Assembly: GCA_030650415.1 (NCBI GenBank)
Contig: JAUSEG010000005.1
Span: 23,333-87,332 of the forward strand
Origin: a bacterium
Lineage (GTDB): Bacteria; Patescibacteriota; Patescibacteriia; Patescibacteriales; GWC2-42-12
Direction of reading: 5' to 3'
DNA: 64,000 bases
Shown: in pieces, positions 1 through 9,500 of the stretch
Numbering within the stretch: position 1 is the stretch's first letter
Layout: the number at the start of each line of letters is the position of its first letter
The notes under the pieces: model-generated
Databases searched by the model: none
What the model was told of the DNA's origin: nothing
The model's input: only the letters and a program-made list of their open reading frames with translations
Translations under genes and position numbers: made by a program

Positions 1-96
1 ATCTATTATCACCACCTGATGTTTTTGCTTGATTAATTCATCTGCTAAATTTGAACCGATGAAACCGGCGCCGCCGGTGACTAAACATTTTGACAT
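1..96 (-). CDS. NAD-dependent sugar epimerase/dehydratase, first 32 codons only (gene continues beyond left edge)
   Basis: Hand translation from ATG (complement of 94-96): [40 protein letters not shown] is the Rossmann motif of extended SDRs. Absent from the ORF track because it is truncated. Confidence 0.6.
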   Translation of the reverse strand, partial: MSKCLVTGGAGFIGSNLADELIKQKHQVVIID

Positions 97-107
97 AAAA
101 TTTATTG

Positions 108-962
108 TTAATGATTTTTTAAAATATCGTCTCCATAAACACTCTTAAACAAATCCAGGTCTTTGTTGCTTTGCGCCAATAAATCAATGTTTTTATCTCT
201 AAGTCCGGTTAAAACTTTCAGGCCAAGCTCATCGCCTACCAGCTCCTTATACATCTCGGAAAAAACCGCAAAATCCTTAATAAAGCAATGGCCGCCGGCG
301 CCACGGCCGGTTTTATGAATAGGGTCAAGATGAGTTGAACCGATTCTGGGATCGGCCGACATGGCCTCTTTAACCACCTGATAATCAATCTCCATCTTAC
401 CGGCCAGATCATAAAGCAAATTGATAAAAACAACTTTAAAATAAAACCAGCAATTGCCGCCGTATTTAATCAATTCCGCCTCTTTGGCGTGGCAAATTAG
501 TTGATAAGCAGCGAAAGGTAAAACTTCCATGACTTCTTTGGCTTTCTGCCTGTATTCGTCGTTGTCCAGCGGAATGCCGACAATGTTTCTTTGCGGATTG
601 GCCGCGTCATGAGCCGATGTAGCTTCGGTTAAAAACTCCGGTGAATGCACCACGTAAATATTGGGATTTTCTTTCTGAATTGACTCGGTCGTACCCGGCG
701 TAATGGTCGATTTAATTACGGCGATCTTCTTTCCGCCGACTAATTTCATAACCTGTCTTAAAATACTGCCATCAAAACCGTTAGGCGTAGTCGGCGTTGG
801 TACGGCGATAAAAACAATATCACATTCGCCTATCTTAACTTGATTGGCCGAATAGGGCTTTTCTTTGGCATATCTGACTACTTGATAGCCCCTAGCTTCA
901 AAATCATCGGCGTAATTTTTTCCGATCCACCCTTGGCCAATAAAACCGATAAGCTTACCCAT
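108..962 (-). CDS. UDP-glucose/GDP-mannose dehydrogenase family protein, short form
   Basis: FIGQGWIG dinucleotide fold, IVFIAVPTP, and GGHCFIKD (catalytic Cys motif of nucleotide-sugar dehydrogenases). At 284 aa the usual C-terminal domain seems to be missing. Confidence 0.65.
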   Translation of the reverse strand: MGKLIGFIGQGWIGKNYADDFEARGYQVVRYAKEKPYSANQVKIGECDIVFIAVPTPTTPNGFDGSILRQVMKLVGGKKIAVIKSTITPGTTESIQKENPNIYVVHSPEFLTEATSAHDAANPQRNIVGIPLDNDEYRQKAKEVMEVLPFAAYQLICHAKEAELIKYGGNCWFYFKVVFINLLYDLAGKMEIDYQVVKEAMSADPRIGSTHLDPIHKTGRGAGGHCFIKDFAVFSEMYKELVGDELGLKVLTGLRDKNIDLLAQSNKDLDLFKSVYGDDILKNH

Positions 963-1070
963 AAAAGATATAAAATTAATAATTAAAAGACTAAGTTTTT
1001 TACTTAGTTGATTTATCTTGTTCTATAAGTTATTATTAAATAAACTGGCGTAAAAGTCAACCATAATTTT

Positions 1071-2321
1071 ATGAAAAAAATCCTCTTTTTTATCACTCAA
1101 TCCGAATTCGGCGGCGCCCAGCGCTATGTCTTTGATTTGGCTAATAATTTAAAAGGTGATTTTGAAGTGGCCGTGGCTTTAGGCGAGCAAGCAAATAATG
1201 GAAAATTAGCTAAAATTTTAAGTGAAAATAATATAAAATATTATATAATCCCCCACCTAAAGCGGAGTATTTCGCCCATCAATGACATTTTGGCTTTTTT
1301 TGAAATCATAAAACTAATCAAAAGTTACCGACCAGACATCGTCCATCTAAACAGTTCTAAAATTTCCATCCTGGGATCAATCGCGGCTTTCGTAATTAAG
1401 TTACGAGTTGCGAGCTACGAGTTACGCGTCATTTACACGGTTCACGGCTGGGTCTTTAACGAGCCGCTGCCGATATGCCAAAAATGGTTTTATAAATTCG
1501 CGGAAAAATTTACCGCCAGATTTAAAGATAAAATTATCTGCGTCTCCGAATTTGACAAACAAATTGCTCTAAAATTTAAAATCGCGCCGGAAAATAAATT
1601 GATTACTATTCATAATGGCCTCGCGCCAATTAACTTCTGTCCTGAAAAAGAAGCCAAAAAGATAATTTATTCCAAAATTCAACCTGTCATTCTGGAGCCG
1701 AAGGCGATAGAATCCCGTGTTTTATCGGCTACCCAGCAAGATTCTATCGGTCGCTCCGCTCCCTCCAGAATGACAAATGACATCATTATCGGTTCAATCG
1801 GCAATCTCTACAAAACCAAGGGCTATGAATATTTTATCCAAGCGGCCGACATCTTAATTAACCAGCATCATCTATCGGCGGCTTTTATTATCATCGGCGA
1901 GGGCGAAGAAAGAAAAACTCTGGAAAATTTAATCGCCAAATTAAATTTAAAAAATAATTTTATTTTAACCGGTCGGCTTGACGATGCCGCCAAACTTTTA
2001 CCGGCCCTTAATCTTTACGTTTGCTCTTCGGTAAAAGAAGGCCTCCCTTATTCGGTCTTAGAAGCTATGAGCGCCGGTTTGCCGATTGCCACGACTGATG
2101 TCGGCGGCATTCCGGAAATGATTGAGGACAAAAAAACCGGCCTATTAGTCGGACCGGCTGATCCGAATGATTTAGCGGAGAATATTAAAACTCTTCTAAA
2201 TAATAAAACCCTGGCCACAGAACTTGGTCGGCGCGCTCAAGAAATAGCCTCAGCAGAATTCGGCCTAGAAAAAATGATCGAGGCAACGAAAAACGTTTTT
2301 ACTTCTTTTCTAAATTCCTAA
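1071..2321 (+). CDS. Glycosyltransferase family 4 (GT-B) with repeat-derived insertion
   Basis: C-terminal EGLPYSVLEAMSAGLPIATTDVGGIPEMIED motif is typical of GT4. An N-terminal GGAQRY-type loop is present. The ORF reads through the palindromic element at 1685-1775. Confidence 0.8.
   Translation: MKKILFFITQSEFGGAQRYVFDLANNLKGDFEVAVALGEQANNGKLAKILSENNIKYYIIPHLKRSISPINDILAFFEIIKLIKSYRPDIVHLNSSKISILGSIAAFVIKLRVASYELRVIYTVHGWVFNEPLPICQKWFYKFAEKFTARFKDKIICVSEFDKQIALKFKIAPENKLITIHNGLAPINFCPEKEAKKIIYSKIQPVILEPKAIESRVLSATQQDSIGRSAPSRMTNDIIIGSIGNLYKTKGYEYFIQAADILINQHHLSAAFIIIGEGEERKTLENLIAKLNLKNNFILTGRLDDAAKLLPALNLYVCSSVKEGLPYSVLEAMSAGLPIATTDVGGIPEMIEDKKTGLLVGPADPNDLAENIKTLLNNKTLATELGRRAQEIASAEFGLEKMIEATKNVFTSFLNS
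1685..1775. repeat. Type-1 mosaic palindromic element (TGTCATTCTGGAG...CTCCAGAATGACA) inside the GT4 ORF
   Basis: Perfect 13-nt inverted termini. Same terminal family as the intergenic copies, e.g. 13709-13792 and 39757-39826. Confidence 0.8.
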
Positions 2322-4524
2322 TAAACTCCTCAACCGCTGACTTCAGGGACGGATCTAAGGCACCGGCCTTTTTGGCCATTTCTATGGCTTTGTCTTTATT
2401 GCCCGTTTGCTCGTAAAGCAACGACAGATTAACCCAGGGTTGAACATTATTCGGTTCCATAATCGACCATCTTTCGCATAGAATCAGCATGCGAGCTAGA
2501 TCTTTCTTCTCGTTGTAATAACCCAAAGCAATCTTTATTAAATCAACCGGGTTTAAATAAGTGCTACCGTTTAAATCAAGACACTTATCCATAGCCGCGT
2601 AACCGGTAGTTTCATCCTTTAAATAAATCGCCACTCTAGCTAAATAACAAGCGGCCTCGGCGTACTTTTCATTCAAGCCGGCGGCATATTTTAAAGTTTC
2701 AATCGCCTTATCCTTATCATTTCTCGCGATTAATATTTGCGCTTTGCTGAAATAAATCGTTACCCGGCCCGGACTGGCTTTAATGGATTCATTAATCGCT
2801 TGCAACGCGCGATCGGAATAAAAAGAAAACTTGCTCGGATCATCGGTGTTAACCGAAGCGGCCGTGTTTAAAGCCTGCGCCAATTGCATCTGCATCATGC
2901 TGTCTAAAGGATTTAATCTGACGTTGGCTTCGGCTAAACTTACGGTATAATCGGCGATTTGCTTGGCCTCTTGCTTATCAATTGACGATAAATTATATTG
3001 CCTGGCGTTAACGGCGTTGACTAAGCTGGCGCGGCTATCCCGATCTAGTCCGGTCTCATAACTTAAGGTCTTTTTATATTCTTCCACTCCAGCCGCGATA
3101 TCGCCTTGAGAGAATTTTATTTGACCTTTAATCGTGCCGTCCAGCATCATCAAGGGTTTAATATTATACTGATAAACGATAGTTAAAGAAATCAAACCGA
3201 CGATAGCTAAAACCGCCAAATCTTTATTGGTCAAACCGCCGCCAGAAGTAAGTTCTTCTGCTTCACTGCCGTTAACCAGCCAATAAATATAACCGAGGGT
3301 CAGCATTAACGAAATATAAGTTACCAATGAATCAAAAACCGCCAAATTCTGAATAAAATAAGCGACCAGCAAACAGATTAACAAAATAAATTCATTAACG
3401 GAAATTTTATTTTGCTTTTTGCCTTTAACTAAATAATAGCCCGCAGCCGATAAGATAAGAAAATAAGTTATCAGTCCTAAGAGGCCGGCGGTTGAAGCTA
3501 AATCCACCAAATTATTATGCGCCCGGTCAAAATAAGTTTCAGTCGGGGTGTAGCTATAAAATTTAGGATCAAAATATTTATCGAACGAAATTGCGAAATT
3601 GCCGTAGCCGCTGCCAAGAGTAGGGTGGCTAGGAAAGTCTTGAGCCGCGGCTTTCCAAGAGATTAACCTGGTTTGAAAAGTAACCGCTTTAGCTGAAATT
3701 TGCGTTACCGTGCCTAAAACTGAACTGTTTTTAACTAGATTGCTCTCTGGGAATAAAAGCACCAATCCCACTACCGCCACTACCGCCACCGAACTCAAAA
3801 AGCTATAAATTTTTATTTTTTTATTCTGGCTATACAAAACATGCAGAATAAAAAATAAAAGAAAACTTACGGCCAGCCCGACATAAGCGCCCCTGGTATG
3901 GGTAACCCTCATGACTAATAGCATTATAAAAGCGGCGGCTAAGTAAAGCGCGCTTATAAACCAGTCTGCGCCTTTGCCATTTTCTTCGCCGCGACTCCTA
4001 AAAAATAAAATTAAGGCAAAATAAATATTAAAAATAACATAGCCGGAAACATAAGCCGTATTACCGATAGTGCTATAAGGAATTTTAAATAAACTTATGA
4101 GGGAAACTATAAAAGCGGCGATAATCGAAACTATAAATAAATTACGCCAGTCCTGCCATCGTCTAAAGACCGTGATAATAATCAAATAATATAAAAAGAA
4201 GTGAAATACATGAAACCAACCCAGCATTCTTTCGATGTCGCCCCAAAAACTTAAATTAAAATCAACGCCAAAAATCGAGGAGGCTAAGAGAGCGGCGAAA
4301 AAAGCCAGGAGGCCATAAGTAATCCAAGATTTTTTCGGCCTGACTTCCGGATATTTTATAACTAAAGCCAGCCAGCCAATCATTAAAACTTCCACTAAAA
4401 TATTAAAAGCTATTTGCTTGGAAGTTATGTAGGGAAACAACAAATTTTTAAACACTAAAAAAACCGAGATAAAAGATAAATAGACTCCGGTTTTTAAAAT
4501 AATTAAATATGTTTTTAGAGGCAT
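2299..4524 (-). CDS. O-antigen ligase/polymerase-like membrane protein fused to C-terminal TPR repeats
   Basis: About 12 hydrophobic segments, a Wzy_C-like HTRGAYVGLAVSF loop, and a C-terminal third made of TPR-like A/Y/L-rich 34-mers. Confidence 0.65.
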   Translation of the reverse strand: MPLKTYLIILKTGVYLSFISVFLVFKNLLFPYITSKQIAFNILVEVLMIGWLALVIKYPEVRPKKSWITYGLLAFFAALLASSIFGVDFNLSFWGDIERMLGWFHVFHFFLYYLIIITVFRRWQDWRNLFIVSIIAAFIVSLISLFKIPYSTIGNTAYVSGYVIFNIYFALILFFRSRGEENGKGADWFISALYLAAAFIMLLVMRVTHTRGAYVGLAVSFLLFFILHVLYSQNKKIKIYSFLSSVAVVAVVGLVLLFPESNLVKNSSVLGTVTQISAKAVTFQTRLISWKAAAQDFPSHPTLGSGYGNFAISFDKYFDPKFYSYTPTETYFDRAHNNLVDLASTAGLLGLITYFLILSAAGYYLVKGKKQNKISVNEFILLICLLVAYFIQNLAVFDSLVTYISLMLTLGYIYWLVNGSEAEELTSGGGLTNKDLAVLAIVGLISLTIVYQYNIKPLMMLDGTIKGQIKFSQGDIAAGVEEYKKTLSYETGLDRDSRASLVNAVNARQYNLSSIDKQEAKQIADYTVSLAEANVRLNPLDSMMQMQLAQALNTAASVNTDDPSKFSFYSDRALQAINESIKASPGRVTIYFSKAQILIARNDKDKAIETLKYAAGLNEKYAEAACYLARVAIYLKDETTGYAAMDKCLDLNGSTYLNPVDLIKIALGYYNEKKDLARMLILCERWSIMEPNNVQPWVNLSLLYEQTGNKDKAIEMAKKAGALDPSLKSAVEEFIRNLEKK

Positions 4525-4550
4525 AGATAAATTAAATTAAAACTAACATT

Positions 4551-4685
4551 TGTCATTGCGAGGAGCCTGTAATCAGGCGACGAAGCAATCTCTGGTCAGT
4601 TTATTTAAACAACTTTATTACTGCTCAATTTTTTAGCACTTTCTAACCAGAGATTGCTTCGTCGCTACTGCTCCTCGCAATGACA
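4551..4685. repeat. Type-1 mosaic palindromic element
   Basis: TGTCATTGCGAGGAGC...GCTCCTCGCAATGACA outer arms. Inner arms are GCGACGAAGCAATCTCTGGT / ACCAGAGATTGCTTCGTCGC. Confidence 0.85.
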
Positions 4686-4713
4686 GGAAGTTTACTTATA
4701 ACAAACAAAATTA

Positions 4714-5697
4714 TTAATTAATCTTTTCCCACGATATCTTTACCTTGGCGTTTCTGGTGGACTCGTAATATTCAACCTTCACTTCATGGCTACCCGCGGT
4801 TATATTTCTTTCTCGGTTAAATATCATTTCTCTATCATTGTCAGCCCAGGATTGCAAAAAATTTTCATTATCAAGATAGACTCTAATAGCGTCATCAAAA
4901 ACCGTTCTAAACTCATAATTACCGTCTAGAAAATTACAACTGGCAGTATAGCGAATTGAAAATCTATCAAAAAAAGAAAGTTGTTCCGGTCCGCCGGTTC
5001 CCCAATCAAAGTTTATCGCCTTAACACTGCTAGTGGCGATAGGCGATCCAAAAAGATTCTTATTATCAAAATATTCGGCCAACCAGACGCAAGTTGTTGT
5101 AGCGATATTCTCGGTTGTATCGACTATAATTATCGGACTAGTCGTGGCCGTTTCTCCTGTTGCGCTGTCGGGCGTGCTGGTCGCCACCGGCGTGTCAGTT
5201 TCCGGCGTCACGACTTCAACGGGCGCTTGAACCTCTGAATTATCTACGGTAATCACCGGACTGGATTTCGCGTCCACGGTAATCAACGCTAAGTTGCTAT
5301 CGGTTATGCCGAGCCCCAGGTTTCTCATCACGCTAAAGGCGTCGACTGGACGACCCAAGTAATGCATAGTTAAATTAAGCGGATTAACATAATAAGCTTC
5401 ACCTAAATCCTCAACTTTAAGTAAAATCTTGCCCGCCAATCTAACCGGAGCCAAACCTTTAAATAAATTAAAATCTTTATTAGACACGCCTAAACCCTGC
5501 TCTCTCATAATCTTAAAAGCGTCGGCCGGCCGGCCAAGATAAAATCTCTTTTGACTGTCCGGATTAACATACCAGGCCTCGCCATTAGCTTCAACTTGCA
5601 ATAAAATTCTGCCTGCTAATTTTTGGGCTAAGCTTTCCGCCTGCGCTAAATTTAATGGCAAGAGTAAAAATAATAACAAAATTAATAATTTTTTCAT
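4714..5697 (-). CDS. Secreted protein: two tandem ~50-aa N-terminal repeats, Thr/Pro linker, C-terminal PA14-like domain
   Basis: Signal peptide MKKLLILLLFLLLPLNLAQA (start moved to the ATG at 5697). Internal duplication LAGRILLQVEANGEAWYVNP... / LAGKILLKVEDLGEAYYVNP.... The C-terminus (YFDN...FDWG...FSIRYT...YEF...DDAIRVYLD) resembles PA14. Confidence 0.6.
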   Translation of the reverse strand: MKKLLILLLFLLLPLNLAQAESLAQKLAGRILLQVEANGEAWYVNPDSQKRFYLGRPADAFKIMREQGLGVSNKDFNLFKGLAPVRLAGKILLKVEDLGEAYYVNPLNLTMHYLGRPVDAFSVMRNLGLGITDSNLALITVDAKSSPVITVDNSEVQAPVEVVTPETDTPVATSTPDSATGETATTSPIIIVDTTENIATTTCVWLAEYFDNKNLFGSPIATSSVKAINFDWGTGGPEQLSFFDRFSIRYTASCNFLDGNYEFRTVFDDAIRVYLDNENFLQSWADNDREMIFNRERNITAGSHEVKVEYYESTRNAKVKISWEKIN

Positions 5698-5788
5698 ATT
5701 TTTTAAATTGATTATAAAATAATTTATACCCATATCATACCATAACTACCCCCTTTATCAAGGGGACTTAAATTTTTCCTAAACAAAA

Positions 5789-5814
5789 GCCCCTCCGGAA
5801 AAACCGGCAGGGGC
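5789..5814 (-). terminator. Rho-independent terminator after the 5856-6372 gene pair
   Basis: Minus strand reads GCCCCTGCCGG-TTTTT-CCGGAGGGGC followed by TTTTGTTT. Confidence 0.6.
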
Positions 5815-5855
5815 GCTTTAAAAACTATTTTAAAAAAATTTAGACCAGGAGCTAA

Positions 5856-6170
5856 TTATCGAGAAAATTGGATATTCAATTTTTTTTCTAAAACCTCGAC
5901 TCTTTTCTGCAGCTCTACCACCTCAAAACGATAGGCGACATTATCCAGCCGCAATCTTATATCCTCATGGCCTTTTTCTAGAGTACCCAACTTCTCGTCC
6001 GTCTGGTCAAAGCGCTTATCAACCTGATCAAAACTAACCTTAACCATAACGGCCAATTCGTCAATTTTTTCATCCAACTTTTTATCTATCTTTTTTAGCA
6101 GAACTTCATTGTTGTCTTTAAATTTTTGATCCAACAGATTGGATACTTGTTGTAGATCCTCTTGTTGCAT
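5856..6170 (-). CDS. Hypothetical coiled-coil protein
   Basis: 104 aa, heptad-rich and K/E/D/L-rich. No recognisable catalytic motif. Its start lies 1 nt after the upstream gene's stop. Confidence 0.5.
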   Translation of the reverse strand: MQQEDLQQVSNLLDQKFKDNNEVLLKKIDKKLDEKIDELAVMVKVSFDQVDKRFDQTDEKLGTLEKGHEDIRLRLDNVAYRFEVVELQKRVEVLEKKLNIQFSR

Positions 6171-6171
6171 A

Positions 6172-6372
6172 TTATTTTTTTATTTTATTATTAGCCAGAT
6201 ATTTTTTAACATAAATCACCACGGGTTTAGCGCATTTTTCGCAAAATTCAAACCTGTTCACCCATTTATCAAAAAATCTCTTGCCCATATCATCAAAAGA
6301 AAAAATTATTTCTTCTCCCTTTATATTTTTACCGCATTTATCGCATTTATCGCATTTATGAAAAGTCGCCAT
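6172..6372 (-). CDS. Small zinc-ribbon protein
   Basis: 66 aa with CDKCDKC...CEKC, a Cys4-type ribbon pattern. Forms an apparent two-gene operon with 5856-6170. Confidence 0.5.
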   Translation of the reverse strand: MATFHKCDKCDKCGKNIKGEEIIFSFDDMGKRFFDKWVNRFEFCEKCAKPVVIYVKKYLANNKIKK

Positions 6373-6383
6373 ATTATTGATAT

Positions 6384-6434
6384 TTACCCCGTTAAATCCG
6401 GCGAAGCCGGAGCAAAGCTATTTAACGGGGTGAA
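6384..6434. repeat. Type-2 hairpin element (TTCACCCCGTTAAAT...ATTTAACGGGGTAAA) in the 5' leader
   Basis: On the minus strand the 3' arm ends 11 nt before the ATG at 6372. Same termini as 10244-10290, 12717-12916 and 55111-55159. Confidence 0.75.
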
Positions 6435-6483
6435 TTTTTATTTCTATATTATATCATAAATAAAAACCGTGTCAAAAACTCAA

Positions 6484-6512
6484 AGCCCCCCGCCACATTG
6501 TGGCGGGGGGCT
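6484..6512 (-). terminator. GC-rich hairpin terminator after the large surface-protein gene
   Basis: AGCCCCCCGCCA-CATTG-TGGCGGGGGGCT, a perfect stem with T/A runs on both sides. Confidence 0.7.
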
Positions 6513-6550
6513 TCTTAATCTATCCTAATTAAACCTTTCTAAAGTTTAAA

Positions 6551-9500
6551 TTAGTAAGATAACTTCGCGCCTATTACTTCAGAAACATTCAATAAGACAT
6601 TTGATACATCCGTACCGGTGCCATTATTGCCATTATAAACGAAACGGTAAGTCAGATCAGCAATCTTCGTCTGGACGAAGTCGCCGGACGCGTCTACGCC
6701 GCTAATATCGCCTTCAATGACGATAGTAACTTCGCCGTCCACATCCTCTGTGGTTCCAGATAATTGCGAGAAGGTAGAAGAGGCTGTTCCTGTACTACCA
6801 TCTTCTTGAACCGCGGTAGTCTTATTGCTGGAATCACCATCAATATAGACCTGGATATTATTCACGAAGACGCCGCTTGAGGTGGCAATGCTTAAGCCCA
6901 AGGTTACTAATCGCGCTTTTAGTTCAGTATTATCGCTGTTTCTGTTACTGCCGTTATTGAAGATGAATTTATACTTACCGATAATCTGATCATTGCCGTT
7001 AGATAGCGTTGTATTGGACATCGGATTAGTAATGGAGGTTAGGACTGAACCGTGAATAGTCGCGGTGGTAGAGGTGGCAACGCCCCACTCGGCGTATTCA
7101 CCGGCAGCCACACTGGCATCAGTATCTTCAACCAAAGTAATGTCATCGCCCAAATCTACGCCCACAGCGGTAACCGCGTCATCGGCCGATAGGCCGAGTT
7201 GAGTCAATTGAGTGCTGGAAGCTAAAGTATAGATTATGGTTTCCGCGTCATCGGCCGTAGCGGAAGGATCGCCTTCCACATTAATACCTCTAGCGGTTAC
7301 GCCAATGAAATATTCATGGACGTTATCCGCCGATAGCACTAAGTTCAAGTCGCTGAAATTGGCATCGCCGAGAGTGCTGACGCCTTTTGAAGCCACTAAG
7401 ACTTCATTCTTGTCATACAACTCAACGGATGCAATATCATCGGCTCTGGCTGTGCCCTGTTGGCCTAAGACTAAAGTCTTAACCTTAATCGGTTCATTAG
7501 CGGTGGTGAAAGTTAACTTGCCGAGATATTTATCTCCGGAAGTAATCTTACTGCCTGCTAAGAGGATCGTATTAGTATTAGACTTTAGATCCGTAACCGT
7601 CAGCTCAACTTTCAATGTACCGGCCGAAGCCAAAGTAAGGGTCCTGGAAAGAGTCGCGGCATTCTTTACGCTTTCCGCCACCGCGTTCGAGTCTTTATCC
7701 TGGGCGACTATGCTAGCCGCTACGCCATCCGCTGTAAGTCCGATAACTCCTGTAGGACTAAAGGTGGACGAGAAATCAGCTTTAACTTCTAAGGTCACGG
7801 TCTTACCGGCGGGAATTACTCTGTTAGTTGTGTCTAAAGAAGTAAAGTTGATATAACCAGCGGTTCCTGAAGCAGGTTCAACGATGCCACCGGCAACTGT
7901 CTTAACCAGCTTGTTGTCAACATAGAGCCGTAACTGGGAAATATTAGTATCGCTAAACGCGCTAGCGACAGTAGAAGTAGAGTGAATCTTAACCGAGGTT
8001 AAAGTAACCGCGGAAGACGCGCCCGCTTCTAAGCTGGCCGCGTAAACGACCACATCCTTAGCGCTCGGCACAATCGTCTTAGCTGTTAAGGCGGTTGTCT
8101 GCCAAGTTAAAGAGGCTGTTTTAACCGTAGCGATAGCGCTTGAAACTGATGTCGGGGTAATGCTGGATTGCAAGCTGGCGTCTGAATCATCGCCGCTAAT
8201 AGTAAAGCCGGTGCTCTTTAGAACAACCTGCAAAGTATCGCTATCAACGGCTGGATTGGTATCGTTCGTACCGGCTACATCTACTTTTATCTGATAAGTC
8301 TTGGTCACGCCCTTAACCAAACTGATTTCATCGGAATTGGTTAATTTGCAATAAGAGGCCGTTGTTGAACTGGCGATAGTTAAATCATAAGATGCGCCAG
8401 TGACCGTGTCTCTTAAGACCGCGTTATCAAGTTTAGTGCAAGATGGGTTTGTACCAGTGATATAAAAGCTATCTGCGCCAGCGCCTAACGCGGTAATGGT
8501 GGCATTTTCACCGGCTGAAAGAACTTTAACGGTAGCTAAAATCACGGCGTTATCGCCCGGCCTAACATCTTTAGACGGAGTAACGGTTTTATCCATATCA
8601 ATTGTAACATCACCGGCCGTTAAAGTAACGACAATGCCCTCGCTAACACCGTCTATATTCGCAAAATAGCTAGAACCAATTTCTATGCCATAACCATAAT
8701 CCTGGCCAGTGAAATATAAATCACCGGCTTCGTAAAAATACAAGTCAATGGTATTAGTGGTATTGCCAATGCCGATATCGCCATAAACTTCAACCGTGAT
8801 GGTGTCATTTTTAGCGATAACTTTATTGAAGCTGAAAGTAACGATCTTATCAACCAATTCGCCGCCCTTGACGACTTCATCGCCATCAATCACCACTCTC
8901 ATGTTGCCAACAATGCCGGCGGTATTGGTGCCGCCATTCTTCATGGCAAAGCCGGAGAAAATAACCGCTTCATTAGCCGCGGTTAAATCAAATTTGGCTA
9001 ATAAGACATTGTCTTCGCCGAAATCATTGGAGGTATCAGAAGTGCCAAGATTTGACATGGTAACCGTACCAATAGTTGAACTGGTAACTGCCTGAACATT
9101 ACCTCTAACCGGGAAAGAGCCGCTTACGGCCGCTCCATTAGTAGTAATGTCGCTAGCCGCGGCAATGCCTAAAGCAAAATTTCCCGATGTTTGGCCCGCA
9201 ACAATCGTGGCTTTGACCACTAAAGATTTAGTGGTTCCGGCCGCGACGACGATCGGTGTAGAAAAATTAAAGGTTGCTTCTTTATCGGAATTTATATTCT
9301 TGGCTGTTCCCACTTTGACGCCGTTATCATAGAAAGTAACGCTGTCAACATAAGTGGCCGTACCCAATTCAAAGGTTTTTAGCTTAATCGCACTAACGCT
9401 TACCGCGCCGTCGTTGGAAGCGGTTAAGTTAATCTTTAAGAACGAAGTCGGTGAACCGGCCGGGATAGTGGAGGCAGCCGCGGTGTCTGAAGCTAAGCTG

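Noticed and set aside
6139-6459. 106-aa plus-strand ORF, and 16964-17170 (+) and 28656-28853 (+)
   Set aside because: They are antisense to better-supported minus-strand genes or lie in promoter/leader DNA. They have low-complexity hydrophobic translations and no ribosome-binding context.
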